Source of the DNA: Gammaproteobacteria bacterium
GTDB lineage: Bacteria > Pseudomonadota > Gammaproteobacteria > Ga0077536
DNA length: 64,000 bases
Reading direction: 5' to 3'
Assembly: GCA_963662545.2 (NCBI GenBank)
Contig: CAXXLL010000002.1
Span: 2,048,001 to 2,112,000, forward strand
The position numbers were made by a program, and so were the translations under genes. Positions 1 to 9,002 of the stretch are shown piece by piece (within the stretch, counting starts at the first letter, position 1; every line of letters starts with the position of its first letter). The notes beneath the pieces were generated by a model, which saw only the letters and a list, made by a program, of their open reading frames with translations, ran no database searches and was not told where the DNA came from.

Positions 1-37
1 ATTGATGTCCACCGAAGTGATGCCCGAGTTTCGCTAG
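1..37 (+). CDS. 3' end of an upstream gene, probably an LLM-class oxidoreductase (partial)
   Basis: Frame 2 reads ...LMSTEVMPEFR-TAG(35-37); EVMP is a typical LLM C-terminal motif. Confidence 0.45.
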   Translation, partial: LMSTEVMPEFR

Positions 38-69
38 GCTCACACTGATTCGAATTGGGAGAATACGGA

Positions 70-966
70 ATGGCCGCCTCACTCGGTCTCATCCAATGGA
101 CAGAAGGGACGACGGGAGCCGATCTCGTCACCCATGCGCGGCGCCTCGAAGCACTGGGCTATGAGGAATTATGGCTGCCCGAGGTTTTTGGGCGAGAACC
201 GCTGGCAACCTGCGGCTATCTCCTCGCCAAGACCGATAAGATCAATATTTCGGCCGGTATCGCAAACGTCTACGTTCGCGACGCGGACTGTGCGGCACAA
301 GCGCGCAATTGCCTGTCGGAATTAACCGGCGGCCGTTTTCGCCTCGGCCTCGGCGTCTCCCACCCGGTGCTGATCGAGCCGCGCGGCCATAGCTGGTCGA
401 AACCTGTGCCGAAAATGCGGAGCTACTTGGATCGGATCCGCGAGGCACCGATCGAAAGTCCTAAAGCCGCACATCCCGCCCCGATCATCGTCGCCGGGCA
501 CGGCAAGGGATTGATCAAGGTGGCGAGCGATCACGCAGACGGCTCGTTTCTGTTCTTGCAACCGGTCGAGGCCATTCGCATGGCGCGCGAAATCCTGGGG
601 CCTGACAAAGAGCTCCACGCGGCGGTTCGTTGCGTACTGGATCCCGATCCGGTCAGCGCCCGCGACCTTGCGCGGCGGGCCTGCGCGTTCTACATTTCCC
701 TGCCGGCCTACCAGGCACGGTGGGGCGAACTCGGTTACGACGACAGCGAGTGGGCGGACGGCGGCAGCGACCGTCTGATCGACGCTATCTGCGCCTGGGG
801 CGACGCGCAGGGACTGAAACAGAAACTCACTCAGTTCGAGGAGGCCGGCGCAACCCACATCGTGCTTTATCCATGCAATCCGGATGAGGCCTATCGACCG
901 GACAGCGCCGTTTCTAAGCACTGGCACTGGCCCTTGCTGGAAGCGCTGGCGCCGGCCCACGCCTGA
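70..966 (+). CDS. LLM-class (probable F420-dependent, MSMEG_4141-like) oxidoreductase
   Basis: LGYEELWLPEVFGRE, GIANVY.RD, GRFRLGLGVSH, GGSDRLIDA motifs; ATG at 70 after GGGAGAA. Confidence 0.85.
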   Translation: MAASLGLIQWTEGTTGADLVTHARRLEALGYEELWLPEVFGREPLATCGYLLAKTDKINISAGIANVYVRDADCAAQARNCLSELTGGRFRLGLGVSHPVLIEPRGHSWSKPVPKMRSYLDRIREAPIESPKAAHPAPIIVAGHGKGLIKVASDHADGSFLFLQPVEAIRMAREILGPDKELHAAVRCVLDPDPVSARDLARRACAFYISLPAYQARWGELGYDDSEWADGGSDRLIDAICAWGDAQGLKQKLTQFEEAGATHIVLYPCNPDEAYRPDSAVSKHWHWPLLEALAPAHA

Positions 967-992
967 TGGCGCTTGCCCCCTTAAGAGGAACC

Positions 993-1760
993 ATGGGACG
1001 TCTTCAAGACAAGGTATGCATCATCACCGGGGCCGCTGGCGGCCAGGGCCAGGTGGCCGTCGATTTGTTTGCCCGAGAAGGCGCCAAAGTGGTCGCGGCC
1101 GATCTGCAGGAGGGCGGTGCAGATGTCATGCAGCCCTTAGTTGAAGCCCATCCCGAACGGATCACCTACGTTCATGCCGACGTCACGGTCGAATCCGATC
1201 TCGATCGCTTAGTCGATACCACTGTCGAGCGCTTCGGGCGCATCGACGTCCTGTTCAACAATCACGGCGTAATGGTCGGCAGCCCGTTTCTCGAAACGAC
1301 GACCGAAGAACTCGACACCGTTCTCAACGTCAATGTGCGCGCCTCGTTTCTATTAAGCCAGCGGGTTGCGCGCCGAATGGTGTCCCAGGGCGGCGGCGGA
1401 TCCATCATTCACAACAGTTCCGTCGGCGGCCTGGTCGGTTTTCCGGACATGGCGGCCTACGGCGCATCGAAAGCCGGCATCGCTCAACTGGCCCGCTCGA
1501 TGGCTAACGACCTCAAGGCCTACGGCATTCGCGTAAACGCCGTGGCGCCCGGCGGCATCGACACGCCGATGCCGCACAAATACCTCGAGAAATTCGATAA
1601 CCGCGACGAGATTTGGGCAGCGATGGAACAGGCCCATCTGACCGGTCGCCTGGGCCGGCCCGAGGAAGTTATATGGCTGGTGATATTTCTGGCTTCCGAC
1701 GAAGCGTCTTTCATGACCGGCGCGGTGATCCCGGTGGACGGCGGCTACACGGCCATCTGA
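993..1760 (+). CDS. SDR family NAD(P)-dependent oxidoreductase
   Basis: ITGAAGGQG Rossmann motif, NNHG, YGASK catalytic motif, PVDGG; AGAGGAA RBS before ATG 993. Confidence 0.9.
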   Translation: MGRLQDKVCIITGAAGGQGQVAVDLFAREGAKVVAADLQEGGADVMQPLVEAHPERITYVHADVTVESDLDRLVDTTVERFGRIDVLFNNHGVMVGSPFLETTTEELDTVLNVNVRASFLLSQRVARRMVSQGGGGSIIHNSSVGGLVGFPDMAAYGASKAGIAQLARSMANDLKAYGIRVNAVAPGGIDTPMPHKYLEKFDNRDEIWAAMEQAHLTGRLGRPEEVIWLVIFLASDEASFMTGAVIPVDGGYTAI

Positions 1761-1785
1761 ATGCTTACCCACCGGTGAAGAACCC

Positions 1786-2712
1786 GTGAGCTCAAAGACG
1801 ATGATCATGCCCGATAAAAGCCTCGGGGTTTTTCTTTACCCCGACAATTTTTCGGCGTCCGAACTCAGCGAGTTCGCGCGCCGCGTTGAAAAACTCGGTT
1901 ACGCCGCGATTTGGTACCCGGAAGTCTTCTACTACGAAAGCTTCACGCTCGGGGAGTATCTCCTGAGCCAGACCGAACGGATCACCATCGCCAGCGGCAT
2001 TGCGAATATCTACGCCCGCGATCCGATGGCCACTTTGCAATGCAGCCGCGGCCTGCAGGCCTTTTACCCCGATCGCTACATCACGGGCCTAGGTGTATCG
2101 CACGAATCTATTGTCAACGAGGGCCGTGGGCATAAATACGGGAAACCGCTGACGACGATGCGAACGTATCTGGATGATATGGATGCCTGCCGTGTAAAGA
2201 TGATCGGAGAAGATACGCCGCTCGTGCTCGCGGCACTGGGCCCGAAGATGATCGAACTCGCCGGAGCGCGCAGTGACGGCGCTCATCCCTTCAATTCTCC
2301 ACCCGAACGTACGCATTGGGCGCGCGGAATCATCGGCCCGGACAAGTGGATTTGTACAGCTCAGCACGTCTGCCTGACGACCGATCCCGATGCAGCGCGG
2401 GCGGCCGCCCGACGCGCGCTCGAGTTTTACTTCGTAACGCCCAATCACTACCGCAACTGGCTTCGCGGCGGGTATGACGAAAGCGATCTCGAGAATGGCG
2501 GCAGCGACCGCTTGATCGACGCCCTCGTGGCCTGGGGCACGGAAGATCAAATCCGTGATCGCATTCAACAGCAATTCGATGCCGGCGCGACGCAGGTGAT
2601 CCTGAACACGATTCACCCGGGCGGCCCGGCCGATTCGAAAACGGACGTCGGCGGCTACAACTTTCAGTCAGCTCCGCATTGGGAAGCTTATGAGCTGCTG
2701 CAACCCGGCTGA
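1786..2712 (+). CDS. LLM-class (probable F420-dependent, MSMEG_4141-like) oxidoreductase
   Basis: GIANIYARD, GLGVSH, LAALGPKM, GGSDRLIDALVAWG; paralog of 70..966; start could be 1801 or 1807. Confidence 0.85.
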   Translation: MSSKTMIMPDKSLGVFLYPDNFSASELSEFARRVEKLGYAAIWYPEVFYYESFTLGEYLLSQTERITIASGIANIYARDPMATLQCSRGLQAFYPDRYITGLGVSHESIVNEGRGHKYGKPLTTMRTYLDDMDACRVKMIGEDTPLVLAALGPKMIELAGARSDGAHPFNSPPERTHWARGIIGPDKWICTAQHVCLTTDPDAARAAARRALEFYFVTPNHYRNWLRGGYDESDLENGGSDRLIDALVAWGTEDQIRDRIQQQFDAGATQVILNTIHPGGPADSKTDVGGYNFQSAPHWEAYELLQPG

Positions 2713-2867
2713 GGTCCTGCTGAAACAGCAAGTCCCGCCGATCGGTTCAAGGGCGCCCGAGAGGTCTTCCTATGCGGCCCTCGGCTCGATTCGCACCCAA
2801 CTTCATCGTAATATCATTCCGCTTCGGCCCCGTTCCACGATATGAATTCAAAACAAGGGAATGCCCA

Positions 2868-3632
2868 ATGCAATACTCCACTGTTAAGGAACTGATCGAC
2901 TGTGACGGCTTGCGCATCGTCCTGGTACAGGGTGTACCCAGTCCCTGGGGGATGGCGGCCAAGGCCATGATCGAGCACAAGGGCCTGGACTACGCAGCGG
3001 CGCCATTGATAGGGGGTGACACGAACGACGACATCGTTGCGTGGAGCGGTGTCAATAGCGGCCCCGTCGTGGCGTGGAACGACGAGGCCCCCATCAACCG
3101 CTGGAACGACATCCTGTTTCTGCTGGAGCGCCTCGCACCCCAGAAGCCGTTACTCCCTGACGAACCCGCCAAGCGCGTTCGCGCCATCGGCTTGTCGCAT
3201 GAAATTTGCGGTGAGCTCGGGCTTGGCTGGAACCGCCGCCTGAGTCTGTTCAAACCGGCCATGCAAACGAGCGAACCACCCAAAGGCATGGTGCGAATGA
3301 GCGGTAAATATGGCTATAACGAAGCCGACGTCGCGGCTGCCGAGCAGCGCCAGATCGCATCCCTGAACATGCTGACCGCCGAACTCAAGGCGCAGAGCGG
3401 GAAAGGCAGCGATTATTTCGTCGGTAATTCAGTGACTGCGGTCGATTTCTACTGGGCGGCGTTCTGCAATATCTTCGACATCCTACCGCTGGACAAATGT
3501 CCGATCGCCGAGCCGTTTCGACCGATGTTTCAAAATATAGACCCAGGCGTAAGAGCCGCCCTCGATCCGGTCCTACTGGCGCACCGCGACCGTATCATGG
3601 AAGCCCATTTCAAAATACCAATGGAATTCTGA
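2868..3632 (+). CDS. Divergent glutathione S-transferase-like protein
   Basis: N-terminal PSPW motif, PVV-WND, and C-terminal YFVGNSVTAVDFYWA resembling the GST C-domain; AAGGGA RBS. Confidence 0.6.
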   Translation: MQYSTVKELIDCDGLRIVLVQGVPSPWGMAAKAMIEHKGLDYAAAPLIGGDTNDDIVAWSGVNSGPVVAWNDEAPINRWNDILFLLERLAPQKPLLPDEPAKRVRAIGLSHEICGELGLGWNRRLSLFKPAMQTSEPPKGMVRMSGKYGYNEADVAAAEQRQIASLNMLTAELKAQSGKGSDYFVGNSVTAVDFYWAAFCNIFDILPLDKCPIAEPFRPMFQNIDPGVRAALDPVLLAHRDRIMEAHFKIPMEF

Positions 3633-3665
3633 CAACGCTTTGTCCACCATCGCAAGAGTCTCCAA

Positions 3666-4604
3666 GTGAGCATCCGCATCGGCTTCGGCCTCATCAATTA
3701 TCCGTTCGAGGATGGATTCGGCTTCTTCCGATGGGTCGAATTGCTGGAACGGAGCGGGGTCGATTCGGTATGGCAATCGGATCGATTGATCTCGACCGAT
3801 AACTACCTCGAGTCGCTGAGCGCATTGGCGTCGCTTGCGGGATGCACCGAACGCATCAAGTTCGGCATGAACGCAATCGTGGCGCCGCTGCGTGACCCGC
3901 TGGTGCTCGCCAAACAGTGCGCGACGATCGATTTTCTCAGCAACGGCAGGCTGCTGCCGATGTTCGGTGTCGGCTACCCCAAGGCCGTTGAATGGGCCGC
4001 GACGGGACGCAGTTCTGATCATCGGGGCTCACGGGCCAACGAGATGTTCGAATTGCTCGCGCGGCTGTGGAGCGAGGAATCGGTGAACTTCGAGGGGAAG
4101 TTCTTCAATTACAACAATGCCACCATCGCGCCGCGGCCCATACAGCAACCCATGCCTTTATGGATTGGCGGCACGAGTCCGGCGGCGATTCGGCGCACCG
4201 GCCGTCTGGGCAGCGGTTGGATCGGCGGTATCGCGAGCCCGGAAGACGTTCGCGTCGCGATCAAGGGGATCAAGATTGAAGCAGCCAAGGCGGGACGGGT
4301 GATCGACAATGATCATTACGGTGCTTCGCTGGGTTACCGGATCGGCAGCCCGGACGACGATGCGGTTACGAACTCACCCTTCGTCAAGCGCACGGGAATC
4401 GGTGAGAAAGTAGACCTCAACCCCCTGTTCTGCATCGGCAGCACGGGGGAGATGATCGATCGTCTGCGGGAATACGTAGACGCGGGCGCTTCGAAGTTTG
4501 TTCTGTTTCCAATCGCTGCGGGAGAAAAAGACATGATCGACCAGACCCGCCGCGTCATCGAAGAAGTTATGCCCGCCATCGAAGATCGGCCGATTGCGGC
4601 GTAG
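3666..4604 (+). CDS. LLM-class flavin/F420-dependent oxidoreductase
   Basis: GVDSVWQSDR, RDPLVLAKQCATIDFLSNGR, PLWIGG, EEVMP motifs. Confidence 0.88.
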   Translation: MSIRIGFGLINYPFEDGFGFFRWVELLERSGVDSVWQSDRLISTDNYLESLSALASLAGCTERIKFGMNAIVAPLRDPLVLAKQCATIDFLSNGRLLPMFGVGYPKAVEWAATGRSSDHRGSRANEMFELLARLWSEESVNFEGKFFNYNNATIAPRPIQQPMPLWIGGTSPAAIRRTGRLGSGWIGGIASPEDVRVAIKGIKIEAAKAGRVIDNDHYGASLGYRIGSPDDDAVTNSPFVKRTGIGEKVDLNPLFCIGSTGEMIDRLREYVDAGASKFVLFPIAAGEKDMIDQTRRVIEEVMPAIEDRPIAA

Positions 4605-4759
4605 CATCGCCGTTCTCGCGAACCGGCGACGCCGCTCCGTCATGCGGCTCCCGTACCGCAACGCCGTTGCCTTCACCCGGGGAAACGCCGGACGGGTGCG
4701 GGTTTAAGATACCCCTTAGCCGTATCCGCGACGCCCGCTTGGGCGCCATTGGATCACAC

Positions 4760-5020
4760 TTAGTGGCGGGGGCGGTCGTTACGCGGTCGCGCCTGGTTCA
4801 CCCGCGCGGTGCGGCCTTTGAGCATGGCGCCGTTCAATTCAGTGATCGCAGCTTCACCTTCACTTTGGTTCGGCATGTCAACGAAACCGAATCCTTTCGA
4901 GCGACCGGTATCACGGTCCATTATTATTTTTGCATCGGCGACTTCGCCATGCTGTTCGAATGCTTCGCGCAATTCTTCAACCGTGATTTCATAGGACAGA
5001 TTGCCTACATAGATATCCAT
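4760..5020 (-). CDS. RRM-domain RNA-binding protein
   Basis: RNP2 IYVGNL and RNP1 KGFGFVDM motifs; ATG at 5020. Confidence 0.92.
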   Translation of the reverse strand: MDIYVGNLSYEITVEELREAFEQHGEVADAKIIMDRDTGRSKGFGFVDMPNQSEGEAAITELNGAMLKGRTARVNQARPRNDRPRH

Positions 5021-5610
5021 ACGTGATTGCCTCTTGGATCGCGCCGTCACTGGTCACCATTGGGCAGCCCGCTTGACGGCAAACGAGCGGGCTACGGAAA
5101 AACAGGAAGGGAATACGGGGCGTGGCCCCCAGCATACATCGGACGCCTGGGTGTATGGCGCTGATGATGAAAGCTTAGTGGAAACCATTTCGCTTGGCGG
5201 CTACTCGAAGACCTGATCGCGGTTTATTTGTTCCGGACGCGGCATGCGCGCGCTTGGAATGAAGACTCATGATAAGCAAGGTTGAATGTCCTGGGATCGA
5301 GTGTTCGGCGAAAGGGAGAGAAAACAGCGATGTGCGATGAAGAAAAAACGGAGTCAGTAAACGGGAAACGTCTGCCGACCGGAACCGAATCCGGCTTTCC
5401 TGGTCGCCCTCTGGCTAATGCTCTTTTATTCCTCGGTTATCGTTTGGCGCCTTGCGCGCCAGATCTAATCATAGACGGCAAAAGTGGTGGCATCAACATT
5501 TAATTGATCCCCGTTTATTCGCGCTGCAACATCGAAATTCGTCTGCCATTTAGGATCCGCCGCCGACGCCTTCGGGACGACCCGACCGCAGGGCGACACC
5601 TCGGCTCCAA

Positions 5611-6468
5611 TCAGGGTTTTTTGCCCGACGCTATCCAGGTTATACCCTTCAGTCCAAATGTCATTCCGTCGCTCAGTTCCGTAACGCGACCCGTGAACTC
5701 CTGGACGAAATCTTTTCGGTTTTGCTCGTCCATCTCGTTGTAAAGCACCGCGATGGGACCGGCGAGGTCGTAGAGAATTTTCCAGTATTCACCCGCCGTG
5801 TCCGCTTCGAAGGGGGTGATCTCCATGTCTTCCACGGTCGCGCCAATAAAGCCCGCCGCCTCCATCGTCTCAGTGATACGCTTTTCGTCGGCGAACGCGA
5901 ACATTCCCGGCACGTTGGGAGATGGTTGTGGGACTTCGCGGTAATTGCGCAACACTTCGATCGAGAGGCTGATGAAGGGATTTCGATCGGGTTCGGCCCA
6001 GCAGGCCAACGCGAGATGAGCGCCGCTGCGCAGAACTCGGTGTATGCGCGTCAGCACGCCGAGCGGATCCGGCATGAACATCAAGCCCCAACGCATTGTC
6101 GCCGCGTCAAACGTACTGGCTTCGAGCTCCAGCATTTCGCTGTCGATGCAGCGAAACTCGATATTTTCGAGGCGCGCTTCTCGTGCGTGCACACGCGCGT
6201 AAACAAGCATATCCTCGACGAGGTCCGTGCCGAGGACTCTACCGCCCGCGCCGACCCGTCGAGCTGCGCTGATAGCCGGTTCGCCGCTGCCCGAGGCAAG
6301 GTCGAGCACGGCCGCGCCAGGTCGGATGCGGGCTAGTTCAAGCATGCGGGAGGTGACCGGGGCACTGCAACGGGCCAGCAGCTCATGGCGCCGATGCCAA
6401 CCGTCGGCGACGGTCGACCAGGTTTGGTGTTGCTGCTGCTTGAGCTGTTCCGGATTGGGCTGGTTCAT
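5611..6468 (-). CDS. Class I SAM-dependent methyltransferase (UbiE-like)
   Basis: VLDLASGSGEP motif I, FDAATMRWGLMFMPD. Confidence 0.88.
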   Translation of the reverse strand: MNQPNPEQLKQQQHQTWSTVADGWHRRHELLARCSAPVTSRMLELARIRPGAAVLDLASGSGEPAISAARRVGAGGRVLGTDLVEDMLVYARVHAREARLENIEFRCIDSEMLELEASTFDAATMRWGLMFMPDPLGVLTRIHRVLRSGAHLALACWAEPDRNPFISLSIEVLRNYREVPQPSPNVPGMFAFADEKRITETMEAAGFIGATVEDMEITPFEADTAGEYWKILYDLAGPIAVLYNEMDEQNRKDFVQEFTGRVTELSDGMTFGLKGITWIASGKKP

Positions 6469-6469
6469 C

Positions 6470-6517
6470 TATAGGGTCCGGTTATGGTCCGTGTATAGGG
6501 TCCGGTTATGGTCCGTG
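6470..6517. repeat. Exact 24-bp tandem duplication
   Basis: TATAGGGTCCGGTTATGGTCCGTG at 6470-6493 and 6494-6517. Confidence 0.95.
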
Positions 6518-6584
6518 CCGACGCGAAGGCCAGCTTCGCCGAAGTGAACACTCAAGACATGCGTCATTCGTGCGGATCTGATAC

Positions 6585-6959
6585 TTATTCCGTCGCGGGT
6601 TGATAGTGACAATACACCCGGCAGACGAGATTTTCATCGTCGAATACCATGGTCTCAACGGCACGAAGATTCCTGACGCTGGTATACACGAGACTAATAC
6701 TCGAGACGCCCGGCACGGTATAGCCGGGCGTGAACTTCAGATCGGGAAAATTCGCCAATGCATTGGACCAGTATTCTCGCAACGCGGCCTTACCGTCGAC
6801 AGTGGCTTTGCCGCCGGCGAATTCGATCGCGAATGGTGAAGAAAAGACCACATCTTGAGCGTAATGTTCGAGGATCCGATCGAGATCGTGGCTATTCCAG
6901 GCTGCGAACCATGCGGCCGCGAACGCGTCCGCGAATTCCTGAGTCAAGGTTTTCGACAT
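6585..6959 (-). CDS. NTF2/SnoaL-like protein
   Basis: AWNSHDLDRILEHYAQDVVFSSP, GKAALREYW; GTAAGG RBS just after the upstream gene stop. Confidence 0.85.
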   Translation of the reverse strand: MSKTLTQEFADAFAAAWFAAWNSHDLDRILEHYAQDVVFSSPFAIEFAGGKATVDGKAALREYWSNALANFPDLKFTPGYTVPGVSSISLVYTSVRNLRAVETMVFDDENLVCRVYCHYQPATE

Positions 6960-6966
6960 CCTTACC

Positions 6967-7944
6967 TCACCGTTCCATGACGACCTTGCCATAAATTTCG
7001 CGATTCTCGATCAGATGCATTCCCTGTTTGACGTCTTCGAAAGGCAAGCTACGAAAAATCAGTGGTTCGATAGCGCCCCGCGCCAGTAGATCGTATAGGT
7101 GATTTTGACAGGCCTCTCCCTTGGCCGGATCACGCCCCAGGTACTGTCCCCAGGCGAGGCCCATCACGGACATGTTCTTCAGTAGTATGCGGTTGCATTC
7201 GATTTGCGGGATACGGCCGCTGGTAAAACCGATGATGACGATACGGCCTTCCCAGTTGATGCATCGCTTGATCTGGTCAAAGGCATCGCCACCGACCGGA
7301 TCGATGATGACATCCGCACCGCGCCCGTCGGTCAAGTCCCGTACGCGCTCGACGATGTCTTCCTCACGGTAATTAACGACGTGATCTGCACCCTGGTCCC
7401 GGCAGACGTCGAGTTTCTGTGCCGTTCCTGCCGCCGCGATGACTGCGGCGCCGAGCACCTTACCCAGTTGAATGGCGGCGGTGCCGACGCCGCCAGCACC
7501 GCCGAGCACGAGCAATACTTCACCGGCTTCAATGCGGGCACGGTGAACCAGGGCGAAATAGGCCGTCCCGTAAGTCACGCTCAGCGCCGCTGCCTGGAGG
7601 TCCGACACACGGTCCGGCACCGTCCAGCCGATACTGTTGTCGATGACGAAGTAATCGGCGAGTGTACCGCCGCCGTGGTTGAAGCCGACGACCCGCTCGC
7701 CGACCTTGAACTTGCTTCGAGAGCCGGCCGCTTCGACGATGCCGACGGCCTCGCAGCCCGGCACCGCGGGTAAGGGCGCCCTCTGCTGGTAGAGGCCCTG
7801 GCAGATCAAGAGATCGGGAAAATTGAGTGAAACCGCGGCGGTCCGCACGACGGCTTCATCGGCTTTGGGCACCGGATCCGGACGCTCGGTCCAGTGCAGG
7901 ACTTCTTCGAACCGTCCGTATTGTTCGAACTGCCAGGCTTTCAT
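6967..7944 (-). CDS. NADPH:quinone oxidoreductase (MDR family)
   Basis: LNFPDLLICQGLYQ, VLGGAGGVG, GKVVM; start at MKAW (7944). Confidence 0.9.
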   Translation of the reverse strand: MKAWQFEQYGRFEEVLHWTERPDPVPKADEAVVRTAAVSLNFPDLLICQGLYQQRAPLPAVPGCEAVGIVEAAGSRSKFKVGERVVGFNHGGGTLADYFVIDNSIGWTVPDRVSDLQAAALSVTYGTAYFALVHRARIEAGEVLLVLGGAGGVGTAAIQLGKVLGAAVIAAAGTAQKLDVCRDQGADHVVNYREEDIVERVRDLTDGRGADVIIDPVGGDAFDQIKRCINWEGRIVIIGFTSGRIPQIECNRILLKNMSVMGLAWGQYLGRDPAKGEACQNHLYDLLARGAIEPLIFRSLPFEDVKQGMHLIENREIYGKVVMER

Positions 7945-8111
7945 GACGACTGTGAAGGGGCGAGCCGGAAAAAGAGAAAGCCATTTAACATGGCTTTCTC
8001 CCGGTGAGTGCCCGGCCACGGATGGCCGGGCCGGCGTAAAACGAAGGCGCTGAGTTACCGCCATGGACGGCAATCACGGAGTGAATGATCAATTGCCCGC
8101 GCGTACGGGCA

Positions 8112-8972
8112 TCAGATGAGATCGGTATCGTTGGGTTCGTCAATCACTTCGTTTTCGATGTGTCCGATGTTTTCTATTTCGACTTTGACTGAGTCGCCCA
8201 CTTGCAGGTATCTGCGGGGCTTGAAACCGATGCCAACGCCGCTTGGCGTGCCAGTAAGGATCAAATCGCCCGGTTCCAGGGTAAAGGCCTGGGTCAGGGT
8301 TTCGACCTGTTCGAAACAATCGTACACGAGCTGGCTGGTAGAGGAATCCTGACGCAGTTCGCCATTGATCCAGGTCTTGAGGGCCAGGTCATGCGGATCG
8401 CCGAATTCATCGCCCGTCACTAGCCATGGACCAAATGGACAGTGCGTATCAAAGGATTTGCCGAGGGTGAAGGTCTGTGCGCGCATCTGCCAGTCCCGCA
8501 CGCTGACGTCGTTGCACACCACATAACCCGCAATGACTTCGTGCGCTCGATCGCGCGGCACGTGACGGCAGGTCCGCCCAATGATGAATCCCAGCTCACC
8601 CTCGTAGTCGAGCTTGTCCGACACTCGAGGCAGGTGAATCGGCGCGTAAGGTCCGTTCGCCGCAGTCGACTGCTTGTTGAAGAACATGGGGAAGTCAGGC
8701 GTATCCAGCCCTGTTTCCGCAATGTGGTCCTTGTAATTCAGTCCGATCGCCAGGATCTTGGGCGGACGCAGCACTGGCGCACACAGGGTGACCTTGGTGA
8801 TTGCGAATTCCTCGCCAGCGGCAGTGGCGGCGAGCTTCATGGCGTCGCTGCCCGCCGCGAACAGGACGCTCATCTCGATCGGCAGACCCGAATCAATGAG
8901 GTCGATGATGACCTCGCCCTCGACCCGTCCGACCCGCGGAATGCCGTTTTCGATAAACGTAGCGAGCTTCAT
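8112..8972 (-). CDS. Fumarylacetoacetate hydrolase family protein
   Basis: IGLNYKDH, DYEGEL, NDVSVRDWQ, KSFDTHCPFGP, TGTPSGVG. Confidence 0.93.
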   Translation of the reverse strand: MKLATFIENGIPRVGRVEGEVIIDLIDSGLPIEMSVLFAAGSDAMKLAATAAGEEFAITKVTLCAPVLRPPKILAIGLNYKDHIAETGLDTPDFPMFFNKQSTAANGPYAPIHLPRVSDKLDYEGELGFIIGRTCRHVPRDRAHEVIAGYVVCNDVSVRDWQMRAQTFTLGKSFDTHCPFGPWLVTGDEFGDPHDLALKTWINGELRQDSSTSQLVYDCFEQVETLTQAFTLEPGDLILTGTPSGVGIGFKPRRYLQVGDSVKVEIENIGHIENEVIDEPNDTDLI

Positions 8973-9002
8973 CCACCGGTACTCCGAGTGCGCGCCTTGG
9001 GC

